Source: Escherichia phage CMSTMSU
Length of the DNA: 64,000 nucleotides
Sequence record: MH494197.1
Strand: one strand, 5' to 3'
Shown: positions 21,050 through 32,869 of the stretch, piece by piece
How the letters are laid out: each line of letters starts with the position of its first letter
How positions within the stretch are numbered: position 1 is the first letter of the stretch
The notes under the pieces: generated by a model
Told to the model about the DNA's origin: nothing
What the model saw: the letters and a program-made list of their open reading frames with translations, nothing else
Database searches by the model: none
Translations under genes and position numbers: made by a program

Positions 21050-21649
21050 TTACCATTCTCGACAGAGAAATACTGGAACTCCATCTTGGTCCACATCTTC
21101 GTATGTTAACGCAATTAACATTTCATAATAATCTTGGAATTTCATTGATGCATAATATGTTTTGTCCTCACCGTACATTCCAAATGATTTGAATTCAATG
21201 TCACCTACATTGTGTGTATCGCTATCACTATTCACGAATTTTAACAGACTGTTGATTAGTCTGATTAGAATATCATCTTTATTCATTATCAGATAACTCC
21301 CTGTGCATGTTGTATAAATCTCTAAAGTCCTGATAGAAATCTTTTCTTCAAGAATATCTTTTAAACTAGGAATCTCATCCATAATCTCATCGATATCAGT
21401 TTCAATAGTAAAACCTGATTTATAATTTTGTAAGAGATAACTAAAAGCAACAAGATAAAGAATTTCATTTGGTTTATGGATTAACATGTGTTGGAACATA
21501 ACTGATTCTAAATCAGATTCAGTACTAAGGTCAGCATAACATGTATCGTTGGTGTCAATTCGTACTTTACTTGAATTTGGATTCCATGTAAAGCAATGTG
21601 TTCCAACTGTTCCCAAACATCCTACTCTTGTACTATCATTTGTTCCCAA
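21050..21649 (-). CDS. hypothetical protein, degenerate family A motif
   Basis: 199 aa; ESVMFQHMLIH. Confidence 0.45.
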   Translation of the reverse strand: MGTNDSTRVGCLGTVGTHCFTWNPNSSKVRIDTNDTCYADLSTESDLESVMFQHMLIHKPNEILYLVAFSYLLQNYKSGFTIETDIDEIMDEIPSLKDILEEKISIRTLEIYTTCTGSYLIMNKDDILIRLINSLLKFVNSDSDTHNVGDIEFKSFGMYGEDKTYYASMKFQDYYEMLIALTYEDVDQDGVPVFLCREW

Positions 21650-22418
21650 AAGATATCAAAATACGTTTCATCTGTATAATCGTATTTTTGTACTTTACCT
21701 TTTTAAGGCATAAATCATTATCCTTTCGAAAAGTTTTAGATGATAGTGTATCAATGATGCACATTAATGTTTTTGCAAATGCAATACAATGACGTAATTC
21801 AAGTCTATGGAAATTATAATTAGTAAAATTCATAAAATTCATAATTGTACCTTCAATATTTTATCAGCAATTGATATAACCTTGTCATTGAATACATTAC
21901 CAATCTCAATTCTTATATACATCGCAGGTGGAATCTTTCCCTGAAGTGCATAATATGTTTGTATACCTAAGTACTCATTATTTGATAATGAAAATTTGAT
22001 TCTCTCCATATCTATGTCTGATTTTGGTAAATCTAGTAGTTCATGGTGGTAGTCAACATTTTCAGTGTATATTGATTTAAGTAATTTGAATGATCACTAC
22101 TAATGTAGATGCTATCATCACGAATAATTACTTTATAATCAGAAGGTTCAAACTTATCTTTAGGAGAAAAGAAGACATCATCTATCTTCTTCTCGTATAC
22201 CGAATAACAATTTACCATCGTACTTTACATCAAGCATATTACCTAGAATAGTAATTACACAATGTTCATCAATGTCATGACGTAATGAACGAGTCTTGTA
22301 TTTTGGGTTAATGAAAATTTTCATTAATTTTATACAAATGTCGGCAATGCATTTTACATTATCATTTTCTATGTACATCAAAACCCTCTTTAATTCTTTT
22401 ACATTTTAATGAATACTT

Positions 22419-22853
22419 TCATTGCAGAGATCTCAAAAGATAATGATTTAAAATTGCAGTACTTTTAAAGTACGACATAATGAATAGCATTTTGAGTTCT
22501 TTTTCTGTGTAAATTAAACTATTTTGAAAGTAACTTTCTTCTGATAAATCATCAAGAAAAGGATATACAACTCCATTTGGAGTCAAGAACATGACACGTT
22601 CACTCCAAGATCTAAATGAAATGTAATCAGTCTTACCACATTCATATAAGGAGTTTATCATTCCATCAATCATTAAGGAGAACTCAATACTGTATCCTAA
22701 TCTTTGACACTTGTATCTCTTATCTTCTTTCTTTGTAATTACGAAGTGACGACCCAATGAGTCTTTGTTATCGAAAATGAAATCAACTGTCTCTAAACAC
22801 TCCTTAGCGAACTTCATAGTTTCTCTGTACTTTCGGTTCATTAGTCTCTCCAA
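22419..22853 (-). CDS. family A paralog
   Basis: core SEESYFQNSLIY. Confidence 0.5.
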   Translation of the reverse strand: MERLMNRKYRETMKFAKECLETVDFIFDNKDSLGRHFVITKKEDKRYKCQRLGYSIEFSLMIDGMINSLYECGKTDYISFRSWSERVMFLTPNGVVYPFLDDLSEESYFQNSLIYTEKELKMLFIMSYFKSTAILNHYLLRSLQ

Positions 22854-23587
22854 ACTTTACGGAAGTGTTTCTCGTAGAACTCATCATCACTTAACATATA
22901 ATCAGGTGTTTCTACTTCTATGGGTTTGTAGAATGTTTCTGGAATGTGTGTAATTTTATTTGGTTGTACTTTATGTTCGCGTAAAACCTTCTGTATAGCT
23001 CCTAGGCGTTGTAAATCAATACAGGTGGGCAGAACTAAGCTGTACTGAAATAGCTCATCAGGGTCATTATAGATACATCCTTGGCTTGTTTGATTTTATT
23101 GTTGGCATCAATGAATATATCAAATCCAAGTACTGCATTATAGCTTACATATGTTGTTTTGTTTTTGTCAATAGCTGCACTTAAACTATATCCATATATT
23201 CCATGTTGGTCAACAATGCATCGTTGCATAATTTTAATCATTTCGAACATAATTTACCTCGTATGTGTTATAATTCCACGTTTTAACACTATCCATTTGT
23301 ATATCCTGAACTTCATGGAAATATTTAAGTACCTTCTGGTATTCCATTAGTTCGTACACATCTTCAGTATTGACAGTGCTCTCCTGAAACAATTCCTCTT
23401 CTGATAAAGTACTATAATCAGGATTTTTATTTCAGAATATATCTCATTCATATATGAATCATTTTGGTAAATCTGTAGATAAAACTGATTATATTCAGGG
23501 ATATAGGTTACGAAATGGTTCTTGATGAATTCATATCTTGAAGCAAAGCAATCATTGCCATCCGTCATGTACTGAATTGTTGTTGTA

Positions 23588-24070
23588 TTATGCATTCAAA
23601 TAATCCACGCATTTATGGTATACATCTAAATCTAAAAAGAATCGTTGTTTGTATTTGTAATGATGAAGTAGTGCACCATAAAGTAATATAGCATTAAGTA
23701 CTTTTGCATCATGAATACAAGACCCTTGGAAGTACATTTCTTCAGTCATGAAAACTAACTCATTGTAAGGGATAAGCACTGAATCTCTAAATGTATCAAT
23801 GTTAATCTTCAAATCGGACCCTTGGCAATATGAAATATATTCACCTCTGTAATGAAAGTCATTATCGTCAAAGTACTCAGCATATACTTGATTGTTCCTA
23901 TTATTTTTAAAGGCAAGTCTTCCTTTGGTTGAACTGAATTGGTCATATTGGAACATTCCACCAAAAGGCATTCCACCGAAAGGTTGGGGACTTCTGAACT
24001 CCTTTGCAATGCGATGAATGTTAGATGCAAATTCTAAAACACCATCGTAATCATATTCTGTTGTAATCAT
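23588..24070 (-). CDS. family A paralog
   Basis: core TEEMYFQGSCIHD. Confidence 0.5.
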   Translation of the reverse strand: MITTEYDYDGVLEFASNIHRIAKEFRSPQPFGGMPFGGMFQYDQFSSTKGRLAFKNNRNNQVYAEYFDDNDFHYRGEYISYCQGSDLKINIDTFRDSVLIPYNELVFMTEEMYFQGSCIHDAKVLNAILLYGALLHHYKYKQRFFLDLDVYHKCVDYLNA

Positions 24071-24601
24071 AGACCATTTTTCTCCATGTACTCAATGATT
24101 TCATCTACGAAGTTTAAATCCATATAGAATCTATCATTTGCGTCATTGAGTTCATCTTTAAGTACTGTAAAAATTGTAGAACTAAACACGATTCTCTCAT
24201 TGTACAAAGTACTGTACTGGAAGAATTCTTCTTCTGATCTAACATTAAATGTGTCATATTCATCATCAACATCAGATCAGGATGATAGTACTTAAAACTA
24301 TCAGATGTATGGAAACAATATGAGATAAAATCCTGATGGTGCATCGTCAAGTACACGAATACCACAGAAATTCTCATCTGTAGTATGCAACAAATTGCTA
24401 TTCATTGACAAATAATTTTTGTACGCATAAAGTGTGCATCTTGGGAGAATTATATTCTCTTTAACTGTTACAAGGAACTTATGAAGTTTAATGATATTTT
24501 GTGCGATTTTTTGTGCATTGCTAAATGATAGGTCTTTGACATTGTGATATAACCCTTTACAATTAATATAAAGAGATTATATCACAAAGATTTGGAGGGT
24601 G

Positions 24602-24856
24602 TCAAGAGTTCTCACGAAGTTCTACCATTTCTTTCCATACTAAATGGTAATCTTCTAAGTCCAGATAGAAGTCTTCATTTAAGTGCTCATATAAGTACTT
24701 GTACATGAATAGTACACCTAAATTATATTCAGTATTAAGTAATGATTGTTGGAAGTAGTTTTCTTCATTTAGTTCTATATCCATGAACTCAAATCTACCT
24801 AGACCTTTTAATGTACGTATCTCAACATGTGAAGTATCTGTTTTACTGAAGCACAT
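24602..24856 (-). CDS. family A paralog
   Basis: core EENYFQQSLLN. Confidence 0.5.
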   Translation of the reverse strand: MCFSKTDTSHVEIRTLKGLGRFEFMDIELNEENYFQQSLLNTEYNLGVLFMYKYLYEHLNEDFYLDLEDYHLVWKEMVELRENS

Positions 24857-25134
24857 GAATCCACCTCTAAATTCGGATCATATTCACATTCATACTGTCC
24901 ACTGTTATTATAGAAATCTCTATTACCATCCTTATCTTTTGGCTTAACAACTGATACGTGAAGGTCGTCATCTTTGTACATTGTACGTTCTGGCGTTTTC
25001 ACACATTTTAACTTATTTTCTTTAATGTACTTGATAATATCAATTATATCTTGTGCAGTACTGATTGCTGCCTCAAACGTATCCAACTTAAGATGATTGT
25101 ATAGAGTTCCCTCGTTCTTTATTTTATCTAACAT
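24808..25134 (-). CDS. hypothetical protein
   Basis: track ORF 108 aa. Confidence 0.4.
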   Translation of the reverse strand: MLDKIKNEGTLYNHLKLDTFEAAISTAQDIIDIIKYIKENKLKCVKTPERTMYKDDDLHVSVVKPKDKDGNRDFYNNSGQYECEYDPNLEVDSCASVKQILHMLRYVH

Positions 25135-25140
25135 AAAACC

Positions 25141-25479
25141 TCATAGTTCATACATCTTTGATTTGAATTGCATTGGTCCACCAACTTCACATGGATAATT
25201 TTCCATAATACGATTCAAAAGTATCTGGTACTGTTGTAGTACTTCAATTTCCAAATGTATACTACTATCCAGTACTAATGACTCCTGAAACAATTCACCT
25301 CTATCTAAACCTGAAAAATCATTTATAGTTAGCATTGGCTTATCATTTGTACGCAATGTAAATGATTCCTCATTTCGGATTAATGTACAGAATTCATTAT
25401 GTTTTCTGTTGTAATCCATTTTAACCAATAATAACTTGGTGTGAGTTGCGTACATTATTTTTACTAATTCAGTCTTCAT
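25141..25479 (-). CDS. family A paralog
   Basis: core GELFQESLVLD. Confidence 0.5.
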   Translation of the reverse strand: MKTELVKIMYATHTKLLLVKMDYNRKHNEFCTLIRNEESFTLRTNDKPMLTINDFSGLDRGELFQESLVLDSSIHLEIEVLQQYQILLNRIMENYPCEVGGPMQFKSKMYEL

Positions 25480-25750
25480 AACGGAATAAAATTCTCCTGT
25501 ACTGCTCCGGCTTAGTACTCAATCTCTTCACTGGATAATTGTCGAAGATCCTTTTCATTTCTTTCTGGATTAAACAAAGAAAATCAAAATCACAATAGTA
25601 TTTTTTATCCCATACTAAACTTTCTTGAAACAACTCATCTTCTTGCATTAGCGTAGTATCAATTGTATCTTCACGTGTATTTGAGTACGCTTCATGACAT
25701 TGAAAACCATCCTCGGATAATCCTAATGTATATGCCGCCATTTCAAACAT
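25469..25750 (-). CDS. family A paralog
   Basis: core EDELFQESLVWD. Confidence 0.5.
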   Translation of the reverse strand: MFEMAAYTLGLSEDGFQCHEAYSNTREDTIDTTLMQEDELFQESLVWDKKYYCDFDFLCLIQKEMKRIFDNYPVKRLSTKPEQYRRILFRYED

Positions 25751-25832
25751 ATCATCATTTGTCTTTAACGAAAGTAAACAACAAACGTATTTTTCGTTGT
25801 GTAGTAAGTAATGCTAATGGTATTCATTGGAT

Positions 25833-26435
25833 TTAAACCTCAGTATAAAGCTTACAATAGCTTTCATCGAAATCAAAAATACTTCTCAAGAACTGACAAA
25901 GGTCAGTAAAAATATTTACATTTGCTATATACACATTATCAAATTCTGTTCTTTCGAAGAATGTATGCATAGAATTTGTAATATATCTCATTGCAGATTC
26001 ACGCTGCATTGTTATATCATTTGTGAACATCGCATCTTCATCAGTACTGACTAATTCAATATCAAATGATTGCATATATGGGATACTCTTCCCTAGTGCA
26101 AAGCTATCACCGTATGATGCTTCAACTGCACCTTTAGAATACACCAATTGATATAAGTCCGAAATAGGGTTATAAAAAGTACGACATATTGATGAACATA
26201 ATTTATTATCTATCCAAAAGAAAACCCTATTTGTATTACCGTCAAATGCTATACGCAATCCATCACCATCTAACGATATATCACCATCGAGATTAAAAGA
26301 GAACTGAACTAATGCTTTTTCTAAGTCCATTCTTTTGTGATAAATGATTTCTTGCATATAGATAATATCATTTACTAATTTCTTAAAATACAAATGAACC
26401 TCAGTACTACAACATTTATTTGCATTTAATAACAT
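25833..26435 (-). CDS. hypothetical protein (200 aa)
   Basis: track ORF; no clear motif. Confidence 0.45.
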   Translation of the reverse strand: MLLNANKCCSTEVHLYFKKLVNDIIYMQEIIYHKRMDLEKALVQFSFNLDGDISLDGDGLRIAFDGNTNRVFFWIDNKLCSSICRTFYNPISDLYQLVYSKGAVEASYGDSFALGKSIPYMQSFDIELVSTDEDAMFTNDITMQRESAMRYITNSMHTFFERTEFDNVYIANVNIFTDLCQFLRSIFDFDESYCKLYTEV

Positions 26436-26484
26436 AGTAGATCCTTATACATTGCATGTATTCTTACAATGTCTCTGTAATAAC

Positions 26485-26727
26485 TCATATCTTCACGATT
26501 ATCATTAAAACAGTAACACTGAATACAGCAGTACTAATTGAACTATCAACAATGTACTCTTTTAATTTATTATAAAGATATATGCACTTAGTAGATGTAT
26601 CATCCCACATAAGACTATTTTGAAAGATGTTTTCTTCTGTGTTAGGATATAAGTACTGCTCAATCTTGTACCCCAATGAACTATCACAGTTTTTATATAC
26701 AGAAATAGATGGACATTCATATTGCAC
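26485..26727 (-). CDS. family A paralog
   Basis: core EENIFQNSLMWD. Confidence 0.45.
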   Translation of the reverse strand: MQYECPSISVYKNCDSSLGYKIEQYLYPNTEENIFQNSLMWDDTSTKCIYLYNKLKEYIVDSSISTAVFSVTVLMIIVKI

Positions 26728-26966
26728 ATAATACTAATAACATTATCATTGTATGTAGAAATTAAACTGGTACTGGATGCTACACTTTCATCGTAATTCA
26801 GTACTGAAATTCTTGCATTATCTGTGCAGTACAGATGTTTCATTCCACCTCTCATAGCTAGAGTAAGAAATTTATCAGTGAACCATATTCCTTTTGTTTT
26901 CAGTATAGTTTCATGCATAAGATAAGTTTCAATGAAGATTTTACACGCTCAAATGCCAAGTCAAGT

Positions 26967-27158
26967 TCATTGTACATAACGAATATCCTTCTGTAAGGAA
27001 TCAATATATTCTTTAACAACTTGTTCCTGATACTGTGTGCCCAAATACATCAGTACTTTTAACTCTTTGAATTCAGTACTATATGAGTCGGTTTGCATCA
27101 TTTTAGAAGAATATATATTGAATAGTTTAGCAATATCATCTTGGTCTATTATTTTCAT
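26967..27158 (-). CDS. family B paralog (outlier inside family A array)
   Basis: MKIIDQDDI N-terminus and YLGTQYQEQVVKEYI C-terminal core. Confidence 0.45.
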   Translation of the reverse strand: MKIIDQDDIAKLFNIYSSKMMQTDSYSTEFKELKVLMYLGTQYQEQVVKEYIDSLQKDIRYVQ

Positions 27159-27203
27159 TAACCCTCTTCTGAATAAGTTCCTGTAAGTGCTGAATATAAC
27201 CCT

Positions 27204-27653
27204 TCATTGCAACATCCTGTTTGTTAGAGCCAACGAAGAACAAGAGCTTAAAGTCATGGTAATCCATTTTGGTTTAGTAGTGAACCATATGTCCCACACT
27301 GCACTCACAGTTCTCATGTATTCAATTCGATTAAATGTTTTGAATACTTCATCGAAATCAACCTTTAATAAATTGATATTTAAATTACTGTTAAATGCCA
27401 TCTGCAATTCCATATAGAACTGAATAATAGCATAGTCAGGATCAGTACAAGATAGTTGAAAGCACTGTTCTTCAAATGAATTGTAATTGTACTTAGGAAT
27501 ATTAATAGTACGATATAACTCTGGATAACCCCATATCATAGTGTACACGTCAATTTCAGTACACTTTTTCTTAAAAGTCATCTGTCGAATAGTTTCAGAT
27601 CTGGATTCAAGGTATACAACATTCTTATGAACTGCTGAACCAATTGAAATCAA
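27204..27653 (-). CDS. family A paralog
   Basis: core FEEQCFQLSCTD. Confidence 0.45.
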   Translation of the reverse strand: MISIGSAVHKNVVYLESRSETIRQMTFKKKCTEIDVYTMIWGYPELYRTINIPKYNYNSFEEQCFQLSCTDPDYAIIQFYMELQMAFNSNLNINLLKVDFDEVFKTFNRIEYMRTVSAVWDIWFTTKPKWITMTLSSCSSLALTNRMLQ

Positions 27654-27914
27654 TGATGTATCAATGACGTGTTTTCCACGTATCTCACACTTCTGGAATG
27701 CACCATTCCCTGTAAAAGTTTATGGAAATCGTACTTCTCACTAATAACTGTACTAGGATCGATTAAACCAGTACTGCATTTTTCAGTACTGGTACGATAG
27801 TGCGAATCTTTTTGATAAATCTTGTAATGCATCATAATCATTAATGTTAATTTTTCTCAAAGGATGCCTCTTCTATAGTAACGAAATCAACTAACCTATC
27901 AAGTTTTTCAGTGT

Positions 27915-28298
27915 CTAGATAAAATATATCCAGTACTGACTTCTGATATAGTACACTAAATGTACATAGATTGTCAAGTGTTCCTTCATTATAAACAGTA
28001 CTTCGAAGTACCCTTCTTCTGTACTCAGAGATAAAATATCAGAAATTTTAAAAGATTCTTCATTCTCATGACGCTCTATCGTAACTTCATCATATTTTCT
28101 GTTCAATGAAATATAATCGTATGCTAATTCAATAGTACTACAGTTGTTGTTGCTAGTGTCAAATAAAGAATCAATTGTAATCTTCGTGCCATTAGAAACT
28201 TCTCTTCGTTCATCATCTACGTATTCAGGATTTTCTTTGAAGAACTTAACAACTTTTAGAATATCATTTGCTTTCTTGATTGCACTTTCGTAACTCAT
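27915..28298 (-). CDS. hypothetical protein
   Basis: track ORF 127 aa; degenerate STEEGYFEV. Confidence 0.4.
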   Translation of the reverse strand: MSYESAIKKANDILKVVKFFKENPEYVDDERREVSNGTKITIDSLFDTSNNNCSTIELAYDYISLNRKYDEVTIERHENEESFKISDILSLSTEEGYFEVLFIMKEHLTIYVHLVYYIRSQYWIYFI

Positions 28299-28382
28299 TT
28301 TTTCTGGACTCCATATATATCACCTGATTTAGTTCATATACATAATCTAAATCAATGAATATAGAATTATTAAAGTTCTCTT

Positions 28383-28565
28383 TCAGAAATGCATTAAAAC
28401 TACTAAAGCTCTTAATGCACTATTTGGGTATATAGTACTGTACTGGAAGTAAGCATCTTCTGAATTTAAGAATAGTACTTCTTCTTCGGTGAATTCAAAA
28501 TATTTTCCACTTTCATCGATTGAATAGAAAGTTCCAGAATCCCATACGAAGTACTTGAATTCCAA
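28383..28565 (-). CDS. family A paralog
   Basis: core SEDAYFQYSTIY. Confidence 0.4.
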   Translation of the reverse strand: MEFKYFVWDSGTFYSIDESGKYFEFTEEEVLFLNSEDAYFQYSTIYPNSALRALVVLMHF

Positions 28566-28734
28566 ATCATAATCATGGGACTCGTACTTATATTCATTAC
28601 CTAATCCTAGAATATCTGTACCAACACTTATAGTACTAATATATGCCCTTTATAGTCTAAGTACTTTACATTATTTTGAAAGAACTTTACTATATTAACT
28701 AATTCCTCAGCGTGCTTAAGATCACTTTCGTACA

Positions 28735-29109
28735 TTATATTTCAATCTCTATATATTTTTGGGTAATTAAGTAATCCCAGTAGTACTTCACATGTTTTTG
28801 TATCTCAAGTAAAGCATAAAAATTAATTCTCTTGTCCCATACAAGTGATTCCTGAAAAATAAATGATTCATGGTCATCTCTGTAATCACATTCAAGGAAG
28901 TCAGGAATATAATCACAATCGTGAAGATATTCAATCATTAAAGATTCATTACATCTTCTAACGGCAAGGTGCTGGAAATTATCATGATCGAAGAAATACA
29001 TTAAACTAATTGTACCGGAATGTACTGAATACTGTATAAGAATTTCATCGTTTGCCCTTATGTTCGGTACGTACATATTCATAATCCAAATAAAATCTTG
29101 TGCTATCAA
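28735..29109 (-). CDS. family A paralog
   Basis: core ESFIFQESLVWD. Confidence 0.45.
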   Translation of the reverse strand: MIAQDFIWIMNMYVPNIRANDEILIQYSVHSGTISLMYFFDHDNFQHLAVRRCNESLMIEYLHDCDYIPDFLECDYRDDHESFIFQESLVWDKRINFYALLEIQKHVKYYWDYLITQKYIEIEI

Positions 29110-29227
29110 TACTTTTAAAGTACCACATAATAACTAAAGTATCTAGTACTTCATCATCATACAAAGTACTATTCTGAAAGTAATACTCTTCACTATCCCA
29201 CGGACCTTTCAGTACTTCAAAGTTCAA
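29045..29227 (-). CDS. family A paralog
   Basis: core SEEYYFQNSTLYDD; near-identical to neighbour 29230..29745. Confidence 0.45.
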   Translation of the reverse strand: MNFEVLKGPWDSEEYYFQNSTLYDDEVLDTLVIMWYFKSIDSTRFYLDYEYVRTEHKGKR

Positions 29228-29229
29228 TT

Positions 29230-29745
29230 TTAACGGTCTACTGCGATTATAAAACGGATTTCACCTCCATATGCATAACTAATAAATTCTGCATCTGGAT
29301 TGTATTGTGAAAAATCTGCTGGACTTTTGGAATTCAAACCAAGAATAACTGTAGTTGTAGCAAAATCACTATCCTTGTAGTAGTTACCATTCTCGGCTTT
29401 GTATACTTCTTCGAACTTCCCAGCCTTAATATCTTCAATATATGCCTGTAGTTCTTTTGCTTTATCAAGAGCACTTCGTAATGACATTATCTTCCCTACA
29501 GTATTCTCTACGTATTCATAATCGAAATAGAAACTACTAGAGCCAATACTTTTAAAGTACCACATAATTACAATAACATCTAATTCTTCTTCATTGTACA
29601 CAGTACTGTTCTGGAAGTAATATTCTTCACTATCCCACGGACCTTCCAGTACTGAATACGGAATGATTGTGTCATCATCATCGTAATCAGGGCTGTAAAT
29701 TATAATATCTTCATCTCTACAATAACTAATGTACTGATTGTACAT
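29230..29745 (-). CDS. family A paralog
   Basis: core SEEYYFQNSTVYNE followed by VIMWYFKSI. Confidence 0.5.
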   Translation of the reverse strand: MYNQYISYCRDEDIIIYSPDYDDDDTIIPYSVLEGPWDSEEYYFQNSTVYNEEELDVIVIMWYFKSIGSSSFYFDYEYVENTVGKIMSLRSALDKAKELQAYIEDIKAGKFEEVYKAENGNYYKDSDFATTTVILGLNSKSPADFSQYNPDAEFISYAYGGEIRFIIAVDR

Positions 29746-29905
29746 ATGATATTCACAGTCATCAGTATCACCCGTATCAGTGTGTAGTACTAACGTTTCT
29801 GCACATATCTCTGACTCATCATAATCGTCGCGGTCTTTTACAAAAATTCAGTATCAGATGTTTTATACACACGGCACTGAACCTTCTTGTACCATAATCA
29901 TGTAA

Positions 29906-30103
29906 TCATGAATCTTCTTTGCTTCTTTCAATGCACTTTCTAATGACATTACTAATCCCTGTACTTAAATATTCACATGCTCCCCAGTCAAGGAAGAAGG
30001 GTTCAAAATTCAATTCCTTAAAGTACCACAAAACAACCAAGGAATCAAGCATTTCTTGGTTAAAAATAAGACTCTGTTGGAAGTAATACTCTTCAGTACC
30101 CAC
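29906..30103 (-). CDS. family A paralog, N-terminally disrupted
   Basis: core TEEYYFQQSLIFN; upstream DGPW in another frame indicates a 1-nt deletion relative to neighbours. Confidence 0.4.
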   Translation of the reverse strand: MGTEEYYFQQSLIFNQEMLDSLVVLWYFKELNFEPFFLDWGACEYLSTGISNVIRKCIERSKEDS

Positions 30104-30363
30104 GGCCCATCAAGTACCCGAAGTCAACAGGTGTATTTGATGTGTCAAAAGTAATCTTAGTACGGAATATATACAAAGAAACTAGTATATTGACTACATG
30201 AAGAGTACTGTATAGTATTGTCTTTATCATGGCCCATAAGTAAAATATCATCAGAGTATGTCTTTATACCTGATAGATAATACTCATTACCAAATGCACT
30301 TACTTTATCACCATAGAAACCACTTTTATGTTATCGTGGAAGTGATGTATTTTGTGTGCCAGT

Positions 30364-30738
30364 TTAAGTGCACTTGCTAAACTCATATATCCTCTTTAAT
30401 AACTCGTAGTAGATCCAAGTCCAGATAGAAGCTAGGACAATCGGTATTATTAAAGTACCACAGAATGACAAGCTTGTCAAGCACATATTCCTCGTAGATA
30501 GTATTCTGCTGGAAGTAGAACTCTTCACTTCCCAGTCATTATCCAGTACTGAATACGGAAGATGTTTCTCTGCTGCACCAGTTATAATGTCAGTATATTG
30601 TATTAAAATATCAGCATCACGACAGAAGTACATGTAATTATCTTCCAGATTAACATCACACCCAGTGAGTGTTGTTTCAGAAGAATCTAAGTTTTCTTCG
30701 TACATGTGAATGTACTCACTACTGTCATCGTATATCAT
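30364..30738 (-). CDS. family A paralog, frame-shifted
   Basis: motif SEEFYFQQNTIY...LVILWYF readable only in an alternative frame from about 30540. Confidence 0.4.
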   Translation of the reverse strand: MIYDDSSEYIHMYEENLDSSETTLTGCDVNLEDNYMYFCRDADILIQYTDIITGAAEKHLPYSVLDNDWEVKSSTSSRILSTRNMCLTSLSFCGTLIIPIVLASIWTWIYYELLKRIYEFSKCT

Positions 30739-31124
30739 TCGACAATAAGCTTTACCTTCCTTGAATAGATACCCATTGAGACGATTGAGTACTATTTCCT
30801 TTTACATAAATCAATTAACTTAGCAATTTCTAATGCTCTTGTAAAACTCATATCAACTCCTGTGTTGTGTCTTGATATAATCTCGGTACACCATGTGAAT
30901 ATTAGCTATATACAATTCACTAATATCATATGTACCGAAGTTCATGTCATTCCTAATGCTGTTGTTATGTCTAATATCAATTACGAATCGTCGAAGTATT
31001 GTATTCATGAATGATTCCATTTGTTCTTTTTATTCATAGCTTAAAACGATACCTATCTTTGAATCAGACTCTATACAGATTCTTCTATATTCTTTCATCT
31101 TCTGTTGGAGTTCAATTACTTCCT

Positions 31125-31448
31125 CTAGTGTACACAAGTACTTTTGTCAAATATTAATGACTCTTGAAATATTTCAGCCTCACCATGTACTGTTGTATAG
31201 TCTTTCATATTTTCTACAACTGTTCCTTTGGACTGATAATCAATGAAGCTAAAGTAAGCACCATTAAATTTAATGTACTGATCCATTTTGTGTTCATAAT
31301 CACCTTTGTTAAGATTGCAATACACTTCTAGCGAAGTACTAATCTTAGGTATAAACATAGAAAAATCATATTCCATATTACTCACCTGTATTGAAATAAT
31401 AATTACTTGTTGTTGGTGTAGATGTATCAAAGGTGTTTTCTTTAACAT
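31125..31448 (-). CDS. family A paralog
   Basis: core AEIFQESLIFD. Confidence 0.45.
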   Translation of the reverse strand: MLKKTPLIHLHQQQVIIISIQVSNMEYDFSMFIPKISTSLEVYCNLNKGDYEHKMDQYIKFNGAYFSFIDYQSKGTVVENMKDYTTVHGEAEIFQESLIFDKSTCVH

Positions 31449-31743
31449 ATCTCTTCATTTCATTTTGTATAAAAATCATATCTTCTATTGTACATGAGTA
31501 CTTATTCTTGTCAAACACCAAAGAAGCTTGAAATAGTTCAGCATTATCTAGTACTGTATAATCTGTAATACTTTCAGAGTTATAGTCGAAGTCATCATGT
31601 AATACATCAATGAAATTAAAACACAAATCGGAGTACTGAATATATAAACTCAACTCATGTTCCGAATCACCCTTGATAAGATTACAGCATAAATCCCATC
31701 CTGTTCTGGACCTGCAAACGTACATTGAATAATCATATGTCAT
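31378..31743 (-). CDS. family A paralog
   Basis: core AELFQASLVFD. Confidence 0.45.
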   Translation of the reverse strand: MTYDYSMYVCRSRTGWDLCCNLIKGDSEHELSLYIQYSDLCFNFIDVLHDDFDYNSESITDYTVLDNAELFQASLVFDKNKYSCTIEDMIFIQNEMKRYVKENTFDTSTPTTSNYYFNTGE

Positions 31744-32099
31744 TATGTAATTCCTATATTGAATTTGTATTCTTGATTAATACTTACATTGGATGTATTC
31801 AAAGCAGCATACTCTTTCATTTCATTTTGTATAGCAATTACTTCTTCTAGTGTACACAAGTACTTCTTATCAAATACTAATGCAGCTTGGAATAGTTCAG
31901 CGGCATCCATTACTGTATAATCCGGCATATCTTGATGTGGATACTGTAATGAATCGTAATCAATAAATGTAAATTTACCCTGAGTGTAATGAATATACTC
32001 ATTTGCACTGTGCATTAAATCACCTTTGTTTAAATTACAAAAGTACTGAAAACTGTTCTTAAAAGAATGTACTGATATTACAAAATCAAATTCCATCAC
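31743..32099 (-). CDS. family A paralog
   Basis: core AELFQAALVFD. Confidence 0.45.
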   Translation of the reverse strand: MMEFDFVISVHSFKNSFQYFCNLNKGDLMHSANEYIHYTQGKFTFIDYDSLQYPHQDMPDYTVMDAAELFQAALVFDKKYLCTLEEVIAIQNEMKEYAALNTSNVSINQEYKFNIGIT

Positions 32100-32869
32100 T
32101 CTTCCCTAGATTGAAATGATTACTAAAATTAGTTTCACCAGTTTTACACCATTTATCTATACATTCCCTGTGAATGCATTTAATTCTACGCTGGATTTCA
32201 ACAATCTCTTCTAATGTACAGATGTACTTTTGTCAAATACTAATGACTCCTGAAATAGTGCAGCATCATCCATTAAGGTATAGTCCAGCATATCGGTTGC
32301 TTTACAACTAAATCCAGTACCAAGATCCATTAAATAAAATTGTGAATTCCAGAACTTTATAACCTTGCCCTTGTGTAGTTTAAATCACCTTTGTACAAAT
32401 TACAACACGTAATCAACTCACCCGTGTACATCCATGTCCCTATACAAAATTCTTTATATTTTATTTCCATCTTAATCTCTACTGTAATTAATAAGGTAAA
32501 CTCCAATATAAGGAGCACGTTGGGGCGGGGTATTTTTGTTTCAGGAAACATGAACTGTACTCTGAAAACACATTTTAAAACTTTATATTAAACATATACC
32601 TTAACATGTTTTTCAGCGAAAATTTTTTGACCCCAGCGGCCTGTGAAAATGAAACGTCTCTATTTATTCAGCCTAGAAAGCTTGATTTCTTCAATCCTTT
32701 TCATCGCACAAAGCCTTCGACTCGTCCTCTCGTACATATTCAATACTCGCTGTAATGCATTATCTGTATTATCTGAACTGCAATCTGAACCAAATATGTA
32801 TCCTTCAAAATCGAATCCATCATGAATTCAAAACCTTTCACACTAAAGCAATATACCACTTCCGGCTCT

